From contig CM060734.1 of the NCBI GenBank assembly GCA_030704615.1, positions 53,754,001 to 53,818,000 on the forward strand: 64,000 bases of DNA. Reading direction: 5' to 3'. The notes under the pieces are model-generated. The model made no database searches. It was not told where the DNA came from and worked only from the letters and a program-made list of their open reading frames with translations. Made by a program: the position numbers and the translations under genes. Source of the DNA: Takakia lepidozioides. Lineage: Eukaryota > Plantae > Bryophyta. How positions within the stretch are numbered: position 1 is the stretch's first letter; every line of letters begins with the position of its first letter. Below, in pieces: positions 25,708 through 38,306 of the stretch.

Positions 25708-28700
25708 CTCATAAGACGTTGTTTGCCGTAGCCTTGTGGCCATTGAGAGAGAGAGAGAGAGAAAGAGAGAGCGAACCTCTCTGCAGTCTTCAGCATAAAC
25801 AATGCCGATGCAACAACCTCGCTCGTCCACGATTGGCACCACATCTTCTCTAAAGAAACGTAGAGCGACTGAACGTAACACAGCATCCCCTAACACTGGC
25901 CTTGCTTGGGCATAAGGCACCATTATGTTTTCAACTTGCTCAAATGGTGATACCTGAACATGAGACACAAATACCATTAGAGATGGAAAGAGAAACAGTT
26001 TTTTTGTGAGTACGTACTGATAAGACGACGTGTGCCACAGCCTTGTGGTGTATGAGAGAATGTACTAATGAGACGTTGTTGCCATAGCCATTGTGCTCAT
26101 AGGACTTACCTTGGTATATACAATTTGGTTCAGGCTTTCCAGATTTCCTCTAGAAAGCCCATCTCAATCTACGCTGCCCAGCAATTAGCCCCCAACAGGG
26201 CCAGAGCTTTAGGCTCAGCCTCGAGAATTTGAAAGTTGGTGAACAGAGGTGCATGGACTATATTCTTCATGGTCCTGAAGGATCTCTCTCTGATGAGAAG
26301 AGCCTGGATATTGTATCAGAAAATGGATATTGTCTTCAGGCCGCCCGCACATTGGGTATTGACAATCTCCCTTTCCTCTCTGCATCGGTTTATTGTTCAC
26401 AAGTGGACTCCCAGCCCTTTTGGATTTCGGTAAAGTGCCGAGGGTAGGTAGGCCCTTTAGATCATCCTTAAGGTCCTCACCCGTGTCACAAACTGGAAAC
26501 AAGTTCAGGGAAGACTTTCTCCTAACTTTGTTTTGTTGACACATTCTCCCTGCTTCCGACATGGCCGTAGACACTTCAGCCTTCAAGTCAGCGTCATCTA
26601 GGAGGGCCAATTCTTCCTGCCTAATATTCCAATCTCCTCTATCTTTTTCGTCGATCACCTTTGGGTATCTTGTATTAGGCATGCGATTCAACTGACTCCA
26701 CCATCTGAGCTTGAACTCATCATGAGAGCTTAAGGGTGGTACGCCAAACTCGCCCCAAAGAGCTGTGTTAGCTGTTCTAGAACAAGCTCACATGCTCTCT
26801 TTGAGCACCGAAAGCTGATCGGACATTTAGCATGGTTGGAATTGCCATCCCACACGGTAGATGCGTACTCCAAGGTAGGCCTAATGACGTTGCAAAGCAT
26901 GGTCCTTTCAACTTCAGTATAATCTCTCTGCAGTGGAAAATTTAGTGAGACCCAAAGCTGTGTGTTTGGCTGTTGGAACAACTTTCTGTACATGTGCATC
27001 CCAGTTACAACTGGAGGAAAACTCAACGCCAAGATATGTGTAGGAAGGGAGCACAGGGATCTCTTCACTTCCACATGCCCATTTGAGATCCCCTCCTCCC
27101 TCCCCATGATCATTGAGGGCCACCAATGCATTTAATAGCATTGGCTTCAAAGTACCTCTTTGCACAATCAGTCAACTTCTGAAGATTGGGGTATGCCCTA
27201 AGCCCACGAATTCACCCGCAAACATAAGAGCTGGTATGGTGGCATCACCCACCCAAATCCCTCGCTTTCCACATCTTCAGGGAGCTGATTAGTGAAGACA
27301 TTGAAGAGCAGTGGGCAGATGGCACAACCTTGAGCTACACCTTGGTCAATGTCAAATAAGTTCGACTTCTGGCCATTGACCATAACACAACTTTTGGTGT
27401 TCACATACAGGTTGTGAACCATCCTCCATATCTTCCCCTGACCCCAGAAGGCCACAGACAAAGCCACAGCCCGTCCATGCCATAAGGCTCTTTACATTCA
27501 GAAAGTTGACAAAGGTGGGTTTTCCGTCTTTTTTCTTTCCCTGAATAGTCTGGCTTAGGATAATCATATGGTTGACGCAGCCCCGCCTAAACTTCATGGA
27601 AAACACTTCTAGACTCCAAATCAACCTGAAGATGGGTGCTTATTATCCTACCAAACAGCTTGCCAGCTGCACTAAGAAGGGTAATGCCATGGTAGGTCCC
27701 AGGCTCTTCTGTCGCCTTTCTTACACAGATTGACAATGACACCCTCCCTCCAGCAGAAGGGTCTTCTTTTAAGGTTCGTGAGGAGGTCTACCATAGGATC
27801 GCCACCATGATTGTTGTGCTATCACACCCACCGGCTTTATAGCCCTTTAGATATTCAATGAATTCTCAGAAGAACAAATGGGAGTGTTTATTCCTTTGGG
27901 ATATACTCTCCAGTTCATCAGAGCTATCTTAGATCGCCCTTTCATTCTTTAGAAAACCACTCACCGCTAGAGTTAGATTTACGGCCAAGAAGGCTGTAAT
28001 GCGTTTCAAAGGTCTTCATAATCTCAACCATACAAGTCACCATTGCACCCTCGTTATTCCTCAAAGCATGTACTTGCTGACCATTTCTCAGCCTGTACAA
28101 AAGCTGGGAGGCCAATCAGAGTCTTTTCTCATTACCACCGTGGTGGCTCAAATTAATGTTAGGATACAACTCTTCCCAATATATTTCTTCTGAGCCTTTA
28201 GTAGCTGATTTTCCTATTTTTGCAGCTGGTAATATCTAGATCACAGCTCTCTGTCATCTTTGATACTGCAGCAGTCCCTATAAAGCTCCCGTCTCTCGAC
28301 AATGTTAAGCTTCATCTCATTGGTCCACAAATCCACTGCTCTTCCACATACAATAAGTTTCCTTCCAATGATTTTTTAAGCCACAGAAGTAGAGCCACAG
28401 GAGGAGGGAGAGAGAGATTGTAACATCCAAAGCATTTCCCAAGAAGATGTACTTGTGTACAATTTCTTGGCAGCCTTGTGATAAGAATGTACTCATGAGA
28501 CGTTGTTTGCCATAGCCTAGCCTTGGGGGAAGAGAAGGGGAGAGAGAAAGGGAGATACGTACCCCTCTCCGAAGTATGTAAGGTGAGAAGATATCCTCAC
28601 AGAAACCTGTCAAAGCCTGCAAACGTACGACAGCCTGCCACACACAATAACCCTCATAAGCACCTTCGGCCACCATTGAAACTTTTCCAAAATATTTCCC

Positions 28701-31700
28701 TACGACCTTCTCTCCCCCCACCCCACCACCACACTGTACACTTCTGCTGGGACCACCTACAGTTAGCTCTTTCCTGCAGGCAGAAACTGCTAGCTGGGAA
28801 AATCAGCCACTCCTGTACCAAGTGTCACAAAGGCAAGGTTACATTCCAAGACAAAACACTATTTCTTGTTCTCCTGCCCAGTTTCCAGAGACTGCTCATC
28901 CTTTAGGAGGCCATCTACCATGACATTATCTATTAGGAGCACAAGTGCTTAGGGCACCTTTCCATGTGACCCCCTCACCCCCTGGAGCTGACGCCATATG
29001 GCCCAGCCGGGGTCAAAAATGCCTTGCCATGTGATCCTGGCACCCCCTCAACCCTTTCTGGAGGGGTTTGTAGACACTGCAAAAAGCGGACTCCTGGGCT
29101 CCACGGATAAGAGTCAGCTCTTACCTGATATATCAAGTTATTTTATTCTATATTATCCAGGAGCTTACTACACCCTAAATTTAGACAGGTAAGTTTCGGT
29201 TTGGTTTTCATTTCTCATTTGGAACATACTGGTCCCATAAGCCCTTCTTCTCACTTCTCTCTTGAGTAGGAGACCTGCCTCTTAGACAGAAGGAACTCAC
29301 CATGTATGCACGCTTGCTCAAAGGCAAGCCCTTCTTCAACCCCACCATGTTCTTCAAGTTATATTTCGCTATGCCAAGCTGCAGCGATTGAATTCCTCAG
29401 AACAAATCCCATCACACAGATGTTAAAAAGCTTTAACTTTGGTACAACTTTGGTACAATTATATCTTCATATCATGCATGAGGCATTCACCCTAGAGCAA
29501 TAGACGCTGCCTAATTGTCCACATTCCTAGAGGATTTCTGGGATGCAGAAAATTGGCTAGGATTGAGCGGACTAGGGAAGAGAGTCTTCTGTTCTAGGCT
29601 AAGGAATCTTTTGATTGGGATGAAGGATGTGCTCATTGTATGCGTTTCTGCTTTCTTTGTTGCTATCTTCACATAGAATACATTGATGATGTAACAGCCA
29701 ACATACAGTTGAAAGAAATAGCCCGGCCTGTGTCCTTTCACTTGGCATATTCACTGGTCGCAAGAAATCACAGTTCAAATACACCCCTACCTGACCAGCA
29801 ATCACCGCAGCTTCTATGTAAAGCTCATCAGCCTCTGCCCGATCTTCAGCCCACACATGGCCTGCGGCTTCAGGCACCATGCGATCACGCAGTGACCCCA
29901 CCATTTGCACATCTCCTCTCTCGGCAAATGCCCTCATCAAAGCAAGAAACACATGTGCTCGTGGCCTTAACTGCAAATCCTCCTTTGCCTTCGCTTGCAT
30001 TTCTTCTAAGACAGACAGCCCTTCTGCAGTCACAAAGAGTCACATTATTTCTTTCATAAAGTGCTAGTTCCTATTAAACCCTACATGTAAACGATGTCCA
30101 GTCCTACTGAAGACTAAAGAGCATTTGAGTAATAAATGGGCCACCTGATCAGGGCTCATAGTCCATAGGTATAGATAGACTCAGGTGTGAAAATCTAAGC
30201 CAGGTGGTTTGCTGGGACCAAGAATTGGGCTCTTTCCCATTGTCTGGCATAACCTGCAGCACGATCCCTTTAAAAACCTCCCATTTTCCCATACATTGCC
30301 GATATGTCAGGAAGGAGTCTACAGGAATGTTTGGTTGCACCCTGTAGTGAATGCTATCATGTAGTGTGCCCAACGAGAGGAGAATCAAAGCTTCCACAAA
30401 GACAGTTGGTCTTGAGCCCTCACTGAGCATTTTTGGCATTGATATTGCTTGTGTGCATCACATAACCGATGATGACAAAGTACTATGATTGGCTCTTGCA
30501 ATCCATTTCCTAAGTCAATACCTGAGGCTTGAGAAAATTATCAATGCGTAATTCAGACGGCAAGCTTGTATTCCTCTTAAAAGGCTGGCCAGGGTAGCCC
30601 GGTCTTGTGATACACTCCATCACATGATGCAGCAAAAACACAAGTCGTCTTGAGAACTTATCTGCTCACTGACTTGGGTCTCTGATTGAGAAAGACACTT
30701 AGGAAGTTCTCACTATGTACCTTCACGACTGCAAAGGCCCCGATGTTTGCTATCAAAGACGTGACTCCTTCATCGAATAACTAGGACTTCTACTCAAATT
30801 CACAGTGAAGGCAACTCACCTTGGGGAGACCCAACATCAATACAGGCATCAATAATGGCGGTGTACGCAACACGATCAAGCACACATGTGGGAGCTTCAT
30901 TCATCTCAGACACAACTCTGCGCACACCCTCCAGGTCTCCAACTTGTGCAAGACCCTGCCCCAGTTCCTCTATATATCAATTTCACCATCAACCCATACC
31001 ACAGCACTATGGATTAAAGAAACCTCCTCTTCCAGGACCCAAACAACTGAGAGAAGGACCTTTCAGCATTCAGTGTTCCCTGTAAAGGTTCACTAATGCT
31101 TGCGCTGACAGGTAATAGTGGCCACAGAATACTAGTCCCTGACATTAGCTTCCGTACAGAAAACCCCATAAGAAATGTTTGCAGCTTCAAATGTGGTGCT
31201 AGATAGAAAGCAAATTGACGTGACAATCTCATAACCTGTAAAAAACAGAAAGGACCTCATGGCAAGTAGGCTAACCTCCTTCTAACGCACGGACGGGGAG
31301 AGGGCAAAACCTTTATGAGTGTCGTGTAGGTCACAACGTCAGGAAGCAAGAGAGATGTTTTCAGCTTCTTAGCTTCTTCCTGCAAGAACATGCCCCCAAG
31401 TGGGTATTAGACTGCAAATCCCCACACCTGGGGTTCTCTACCAATCCAAATGACTTGTTTTTTATGGATATACTTTTGGGTGACGTGCCTGTGTTGAACC
31501 CTGTGAAGTCAGCCCAGCCAGGCCAATCAGAGTGATGAGTTAAGTACCAACTAGAGACACCGATGGTCAGCCTAGCAGGCCCCATCCTTGCCAGTACAGA
31601 TGTGTGTCAACATGGACTCAGGTCTACCCAACCACATATTGAAGTTGCCATTCATGAATGGGTGTTTGTCCCCTCCCCTAGGAGTACAGAGATCCATGAT

Positions 31701-34700
31701 ACTGAGGAATATTCTTTTAAAGCACGCAGCCCTGTGTCCTTTCTGTCTTTTTCATCTGGCACCTTAATTGTGCTTGAAGTGCGCCAATAAACAGATGGAA
31801 TGTCTAGGACTCCGCCAGCTCCAGCCTAAAACTACCGCGACCTCACAAACCTACAGCATGTTCTCCAATTTCCTGTCTGCAAAGGCTATTACGCCCTTCT
31901 CAAATGTTGCACCAAACCATTCCCCAGCCTTTCCCCCCCTAACGAGAGCACACATGAATATGCAAGGAGAAAGGGCCTATCAACCTTCATGTCTGCCAAG
32001 AGCCGGAGACCTCGAGACATGTCTCCTCCACGCACACAGGCCAACATGAGGGAATTGAATGTCAGGCGCTGCGGATGCAGGCCATGTGACCGCATCTCGT
32101 CTATTAGTTTAAACGCCTCCAGCGGATTGTCCGACCGTGCATACCCCTGTCAACAGCACAGCAGTCGTTCAAGAGGCAGAGCCTCATTAGGTGCACCTAA
32201 GACTGCTTCCTGTACCCTTCTGGCCATTGATCTGTGGCAGTTTGCATAGAGCAGAGAGAGAGTGAAAATGTACTCATAAACACATTTGTAGCCTCATGGC
32301 CGTAGACCACGCCCCCAGTTTGGGTGGAACAGAGGGAACAGATAGTACCTTTGTGAGGGGCTCACTCCAGTAGCGGGACTTACCTTGATATAATCAATTA
32401 GTTTGGGCTTTCCAGATATTCCCTAGAAAGCCCTTCACACAATCATCCATCTGCTGTGTGCCCAGCAGTTACACCCCAACACGCCTGTACTTGAGGGAGT
32501 ATTAATGGAATAGACGAAATTTTTAGGCTCAACCTCAAGATTTTGCAAGTCGGTGAACAGAGGTGCACAGACTACGTCCTTAATGGTCCTGAAGAGGGTC
32601 GCTCTCTGATGAGAATACCCCTGTCCATCAGAAAGTCGATATTGTCTTCAGGCCGCCCGCGCATCGGGCATTGAGAATCTTCCTTTCCTCTCTACACCTG
32701 TTTATTGGTCAAAGGTAGAGTCCCAGCCCCGAGTTTAAGTCTAGTGCTCAGGGTAGGTCGGCCCTTCAGGTCATGAAAGAGAGAGAGAGAATTTACATTT
32801 GCTGTAGCCTTGTGGCCATAGACCCTGCCCTCAGTTTGAGCGGAACAAGAGGGAACAGACACTACCTTTGTGAGGGGCTCACTCCAGTAGCGGGACTTGG
32901 TAGAAACAATTGGTTTGGCCTTTCCAGATTTCCTCTAGAAATCCCTTCACACAAGCATCAATCTGCTGTGTATGAGCTGCCCAGTAATGAGACCCCAACA
33001 GGGCTAGGGCTTTAGGCTCAGCCTCAAGATTTTAGAAGTTGGTGAACAGAGATGCAGGGACTATTGTTCTTGAGAGAGACAGTCGAGTGCTGTTGATATG
33101 ATGGGAATAAGAGGAGACCTTTATAAGAAGATTGTAAGTGAAGGTGGTGACCCCGGTTCGGTTAAGTGGGGTGCGGTAACGAAGCAGCACACCCCGTGCG
33201 CGCCGAGCATCCCCTGCACCCCATCACTGCCAACTGAGGATATTGGACCAGCTGCTAACCAGAGAGACAGGCATGTACATACATAAACAGTTTTCTCAGC
33301 CCTCATGGCTGATGTGAAACATGAGGAAGGCAAAGAGAACCTCACCAGAATCAGCACAAGCATTCACTAGACTGTTGAGATGCACATCAGTTAACTGAGG
33401 TCGGCCAGGGGCAGTGCCGGCCTCCATTGATTCCAGCACCTCAAATGCATCGTCTAGTCTCCTTGCAGAGCCCAAGCCCTGCTACACATTCATCACCGCT
33501 GTCATTGCATATATAGGCTCTGGAAATGCCTAGAATTGAGGACGAAGCCCTCCCTGGACAGGTGATTAACTCCTCATCTTCATCTCAACGTCACTCATTT
33601 GTTCATCTTTGAGAAACAGATTAGTAACGGGCCATTGGAGCAATCTTCATGTGATGTTAGTTCATCAAATTTGTCTTGATGCACAAAACAGGCCTATTTC
33701 TCTACGATTACTGTTTCCATCAAAAGCTTACCCTCAAAAGAGTTCCATATGTGACATTATCAACACTGCAGCCTCCAGGCTGCACCATTTCATCAAAAAC
33801 ACGCAGGGCACGATTGATATCTTCGCAATGCACGCATGCTGCCATGACAGCATTCATAATGATGCGATTCAGCTTCTGATGCTTTTTCTTTGCACACTCC
33901 ACCTCCTCAAAGACCTGGTTCCATGCAAGTCCCATTCTGACCCACATTACAATCTCGTGTATCTAAAATTTATGAAAGAAGGATTGGCAAGTTACCGCAC
34001 TTAGCCAACTCAACAACACATTAGCTTTGCCTCCCATTTCTCGTGTTCTTCAAGTGAGAGTACCTCAATCATTCCACAGAACCTCCAAGAAGAATATTCC
34101 CACTTGTAAACATCTTGCCTGCCTATCCTGCCTGTATAAGTCTGGCATATGAACTCAGCCCACCAAGGTCTGCAGGACTCAATCTGATATCGCCAGTGTT
34201 TGCTCACAGCCATATCAAGAAACAGTGGATTGAGCTTGGGTTACGTGCCGGCAGGAACATATTAGTATAAAGCATGCAGTTGATTTGAGCACTGCTGCTG
34301 TGGCAGAAGATCTGACAAAATGGCTTTGATTTCACTCCTGTTAAGGACAAGAATGGCATGGTAGAAAATAAAGCAAACAAGCAAAGCTTTCCTGAGGGGT
34401 GATATCCAAGTGCGTGAACTTAAGCCTCAAAAAAGAAGATAGGAACATAAACGAATACTGTGTGCATTATATCTACTGTTAGGTGTTGTGCCCAAAAGTC
34501 TAGTATGAGGCAATCGGAAGGTTTTTCTGCTGCTCCACTTTGTCTAGTGTTCATGTACTTTCCTGGCTACTGTGGTCAAATTCCTATCACCACTTTGTTG
34601 CTGGCTGGTCAAGTTGGTATTGACCTAGTGGCTTTCCCTGCTTGTGAGAGTTTTACCACAGCAGCCTTCTCTTGCTTCGCGGAAAAGGTGAAGGTCTTGT

Positions 34701-36218
34701 GGCTTCTGCGTCTTCTCCCATTTTTGTGGAGGTTGCTTTTCTTGGAAGGTTGTCTAGCAATCACTCCTATTTGTCGGCACCTTTTGTGTTTCTCTGCCCA
34801 CTAGTACTGCCAGGATAGGCATTTCTAGGATTGCCCAGGTTACAATGGAGGGTTTGGGTTTGTAGAGTTCCCTGAATTTTCCCTATCCTGCCAAAAATAT
34901 AAAGACACGTTGCCTTAAAGATAACTAATTAGGTTTTTGAAAGTTGTTGTTAGATGGGAAGGCAATTGATTTTCGATTGAAGCTGCAGGCATAAACGCCG
35001 CGGCAGAACCAATAATATGAATCCCATCCAACATTTACCCCAACAGTTACCTTCAAAGAACCATCTCCCATACAGCCACAGACCTGGAACTCTTACTACG
35101 TTGACAAATGACTCACTTGATCAAGCTGGCGACGTTTGCTAAGTTCCATGATTCTTCGAGTCAGTGCACGCATCTCAAACTCTTTCTTCCTCCAAAATGG
35201 CCAGATTGTTTCAGCAACACTGACTTCCTCACTAGGAACAGGTCCAGACTCCTCGCTGCGCTGGAGGATTTCCAACTCTTTCCTCTTTCTCACCTGCCAG
35301 ACATGAAGCAGACACTTATGGCAGCTTGCAAGCTGGAAACATTCTTCATCCGGTTGGAGATCCCAGAACAGCGGGAAATAAAAAGCAAAAGACCTGGGCA
35401 TGCTGTAGCTAAAATGAGGGTAGAGATGGTACAGGTGCCGTAGGGCTGGAGAGTGAGTTGTATTTTGTTGGGGGCCTCTGCAAAGAGGAGGTGGGTCCCT
35501 TTGTGACAAATGAGCAAATACTCAGGCTTGCCAATTTTCACGGGCTACTCCAAAACACATTTCTTTGATTTTGAGCACATTACTCTTTTGATAAGGAGGC
35601 TTTTAAGCCTGCCAGTTTAGGAAAGAGGCCAGGGTTTATCATACCTGGGAAAGAAGTTCTCTCTGCTTCTCATAAGGTGCCTCTTCTTTCTTCTGTGCCG
35701 GCCGCTTTCGTCTGGTCTTAGTTTTCTCCCACTCACCTGCCATCAGTACATTTATTTACATGAGTATGCCAAAGAAAATGCTGAATTGTTCCTGAAGTTC
35801 CAATCAGATATTAAAAGCTGGGGAATTCCTTTAGTTTGATATATCCATTACTCCAGTTCAATCAATTGACCACATAATCGAAAAGGCTCATGACTACTTT
35901 GCCATTCAAAAATGTTTCTGGTCGAGTACCTGGGGTAGCAATTGCCCTGCAAATCCTTCCTTTTCTCTTGTTGGGAGACCCCACAAAAGCATGGCTTCTT
36001 CTTAATAGAAATGTCAACCAGCATTGCATAACCTCCCCCCCTCCACTTCTACAGCTTTGTTTCCCCAGTTCAATAGAGTGCAACATGCCCCTGTGGCTTC
36101 CATGCAACTCCTTTCTGAGCTTTTTCCTGACAAAGTCGGATCCTTCCCATCCAGAATAGCAGTTCACAAAGGGCACAGCACCTGGTAGGGAGCCAGAAAA
36201 CGCTTTCATTTCTTGCAT
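23680..36218 (-). CDS. Pentatricopeptide repeat + CBS-domain protein (At5g10690-like), multi-exon, introns expanded by LINE copies
   Basis: Exons: LTRRIMELSKRRQLDQ (~35116-35296), VFEEVE..LNRIIMNAVMAACVHC..VDNVTYGTLL (33731-33914), LGSARRLDDAFEVLESME (~33410-33480), PPR exons at 31984-32147, 30820-31080 and 29791-30027, VRLQALTGF (~28570-28640), CBS exons 25777-25953 and 23680-23916. Exact N-terminal exon structure not resolved. Confidence 0.85.
24030..24350 (-). mobile_element. RTE-X-like LINE 3' fragment
   Basis: Matches the 3' end of the 24620-25670 copy and ends ...cttatgagtacattctctctc. Confidence 0.85.
24409..24522 (+). rRNA. 5S rRNA-derived sequence (degenerate; head of a chimeric retroposon)
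   Basis: ggtgtggtcataccagggctactacagatcccatgagaactctaaagttaagca...ccggaatagtactgggatggtgacctccggggaagtcccgctgctgcacc aligns with the bryophyte 5S consensus, including the A box (agttaagc) and C box. It has small deletions and no oligo-T terminator directly after it. Confidence 0.9.
24409..24604 (+). mobile_element. Candidate SINE3: 5S head + short linker + RTE-X LINE 3' tail
   Basis: 24540-24604 (ttttgttccactcaaactgggcgcggggtcaatggccacaaggctacggcaaaacgtcttatgag) is nearly identical to the LINE 3' terminus. Flanked by (GA)n on both sides. Confidence 0.65.
24620..25670 (-). mobile_element. RTE-X-like non-LTR retrotransposon, 5'-truncated, with open C-terminal ORF (RT thumb + CCHC zinc finger) and (TC)n tail
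   Basis: VIRPALEYGSAIW...SKTANVAVQGEFGIPSL...RWWGQL...RYPKLI...KFKLRAGSLPL...[18 protein letters not shown]. Confidence 0.85.
25700..25746 (-). mobile_element. ~45-bp extreme 3' LINE micro-copy embedded in (GA)n
   Basis: attgtactcataagacgttgtttgccgtagccttgtggccattg with GA repeats on both sides. Confidence 0.85.
26010..27850 (-). mobile_element. Degenerate RTE-X-like LINE with RT domain
   Basis: YHGITLLSAAGKLF, FRRGCVNHM, GVAQGCAICPLLFNVF, YTYLGVEF, VIRPTLEYAS; many frameshifts. Confidence 0.85.
32265..33070 (-). mobile_element. Two tandem RTE-X-like LINE 3' fragments (32265-32775; 32795-33070)
   Basis: Homologous to 24620-25130; each ends at a short (GA)n. Confidence 0.8.
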
Positions 36219-38306
36219 TGCTCCAACCACCAACCTTGATGTTCCCTAGTGCTTGCTTACTGTCGAATAACCTCACGGGAGCACGAGTTTCGTCATAGGA
36301 GGAAAAACCTCCGTCTTCCCACAAACAAGTACCCAGTCCCTACCTTGGATATTTTCAAGGCGTCGTCAACCGCGCTTCAAATTGTGGATTAGACATTTCC
36401 TCAACAGGCACAAGCTGTGCATAGAGAAGTTGCCCCCATTTGATTTCCCCTCCTCCCAAAACACGACAAGAACAGTATGATTGAAAAGGACCTTCGGATG
36501 ATCCATGTCGTAACAACCTGTGCCACTTACGGCTGCCCTGCCGGGAGCTCCAATTTTACAGTGATAACTTCCTTGCGAAACTACTTCTCCCAAACATTCT
36601 CTAGCAGGTAACAGTGACAAACTGATGCGCTTTCCCCAAATACAAAGAGAATAAAACTGTGCGTGTATATCCCGGAGCTGTAATCAGGTCACATCTGCGG
36701 CTGCTGTACTGAACATTCTCTAGATCATCTGGGTCAGGTTGCTTCTCAGCGCATTGCATTGCTGGTTACTGTTGCGCAAAAGTTGCAATTTTACACACAT
36801 TCTAAGACATACAAATTGACAAGACTTCTAGAGCGTTGACAGGGGAAGCATACCATAACTACAGCTGACAGCCTCGCAGCCTAGATCCAGCTCCGTGGAA
36901 CATCGTGCTAGTCCAACGCCCTGGCGATGGAGAGAGATGGAAGTAAGATGCCAGTATGAATTCCATTGTGAGGATTCTAAGTCTTCTGTGTCCCAACAAT
37001 GAGAAGGTGTGCGCAAAGGAGAAGACTTACAGATAACCCACATTGAATTTTGAACTACAACGTCAGAAACATGACATGACTACCCCACTACACCCAGCAA
37101 CATCCAGTGCTAGTCCAATACCCTGCGAGGGAGAGAGACGGGAGTGAGATATGGATTCATACGGAATCCACGTCTGGAAGTTGGGAGTTAGGAATCCAAA
37201 AGAGTTAGAGATAACCCAAATCTGAGGAGTGTGAATGGGTGTTTGAATATTGTTCTCCTGGAGCTGGGTAAGGTAAAGGTGCTCGGATTGTGAGAGTCCC
37301 CTTGCCTTTTATCTTGTGTCTCTTTGCAAGAAACTGAAGAAGATTATATGTTCGAAGACGTCAGATTTGCTCTGCTAATAATAACAGAGTCTCTGGGTCC
37401 TCGATCCAGAAAGTCTTCTGCAGCAGCATGGTCTACCTAAAAGCCTTATTTTTGGACTGTCGGATCTTCAGAACACGTTGAGGGATCTTGGGTTCAAAAC
37501 CATGGCGTTGTAGCTTGTGCTACATAACAATTTCTCACCAAACTCACACACTGCTAAAAAAGAACATCACACATTCCTTAGAGAGACTCTCCAGCAAATC
37601 AAGCAGACTGAGAGAGCTATGAAAAGTAAGTAACAGTGGATGACAAGGGTGGCCAGCATCTCTTGCTGGTAGAAGGCGGTGCGATGAGGATTTGTGACCT
37701 GTAAAAGAAAGCCTGAGAATTTGGCATGCGCTGCTTGCGGAATCCAGTGTATAGTCGACGCTCGTCGTAGTTGAGTGAAGTTTGATGGTGGGGGCGGTTA
37801 CTGGGACTCTTTCAAGCTGGAGTGTTTTACTCAGCCGGTTGATGGCGGAGGATGAAGGGGAGATGTCCCCGGATATTTCCTCCTTTGGATTTCAGGATTC
37901 CGCATATGTGAAGTTTTCCTTCAGGGTCTGAAGTCTCAACCATCTTCCTCTTAATATAAATTGATCAAGACTCCCGAGAGAAGAACCGCATATACCAAGG
38001 AAGGGGAAAACAAAAGAACAGGCGGAACACTGACGACTTCTGTTGCAACCCAAATTGTGGCAGGTGGTCAATGGGCTTTCTAAAAGTAACTTAGCGTGTT
38101 GCGCATTGCCAGAAATCGTTGAAAGATTCAGTGGAGGCAAGTAGGGTACTTGAAGAAGTGACTTCAAAACTCATCTTCGAAGACTCCTGGTTTTCAACTG
38201 ACGAAGGTCACTTCATGTAGGACAGTGCTGGCGAATTCTAGGGGGATTTGGAGGGTAGCATTAGCACTATCAGAAAGCAAGCGCACGGAATTGTTGGTCT
38301 GTAAAC

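Noticed and set aside
24628-25977. 449-aa ORF as a single protein
   Set aside because: It is a chance read-through of a PPR-CBS exon (25777-25953), (TC)n tracts, a LINE micro-copy and the LINE C-terminal ORF.
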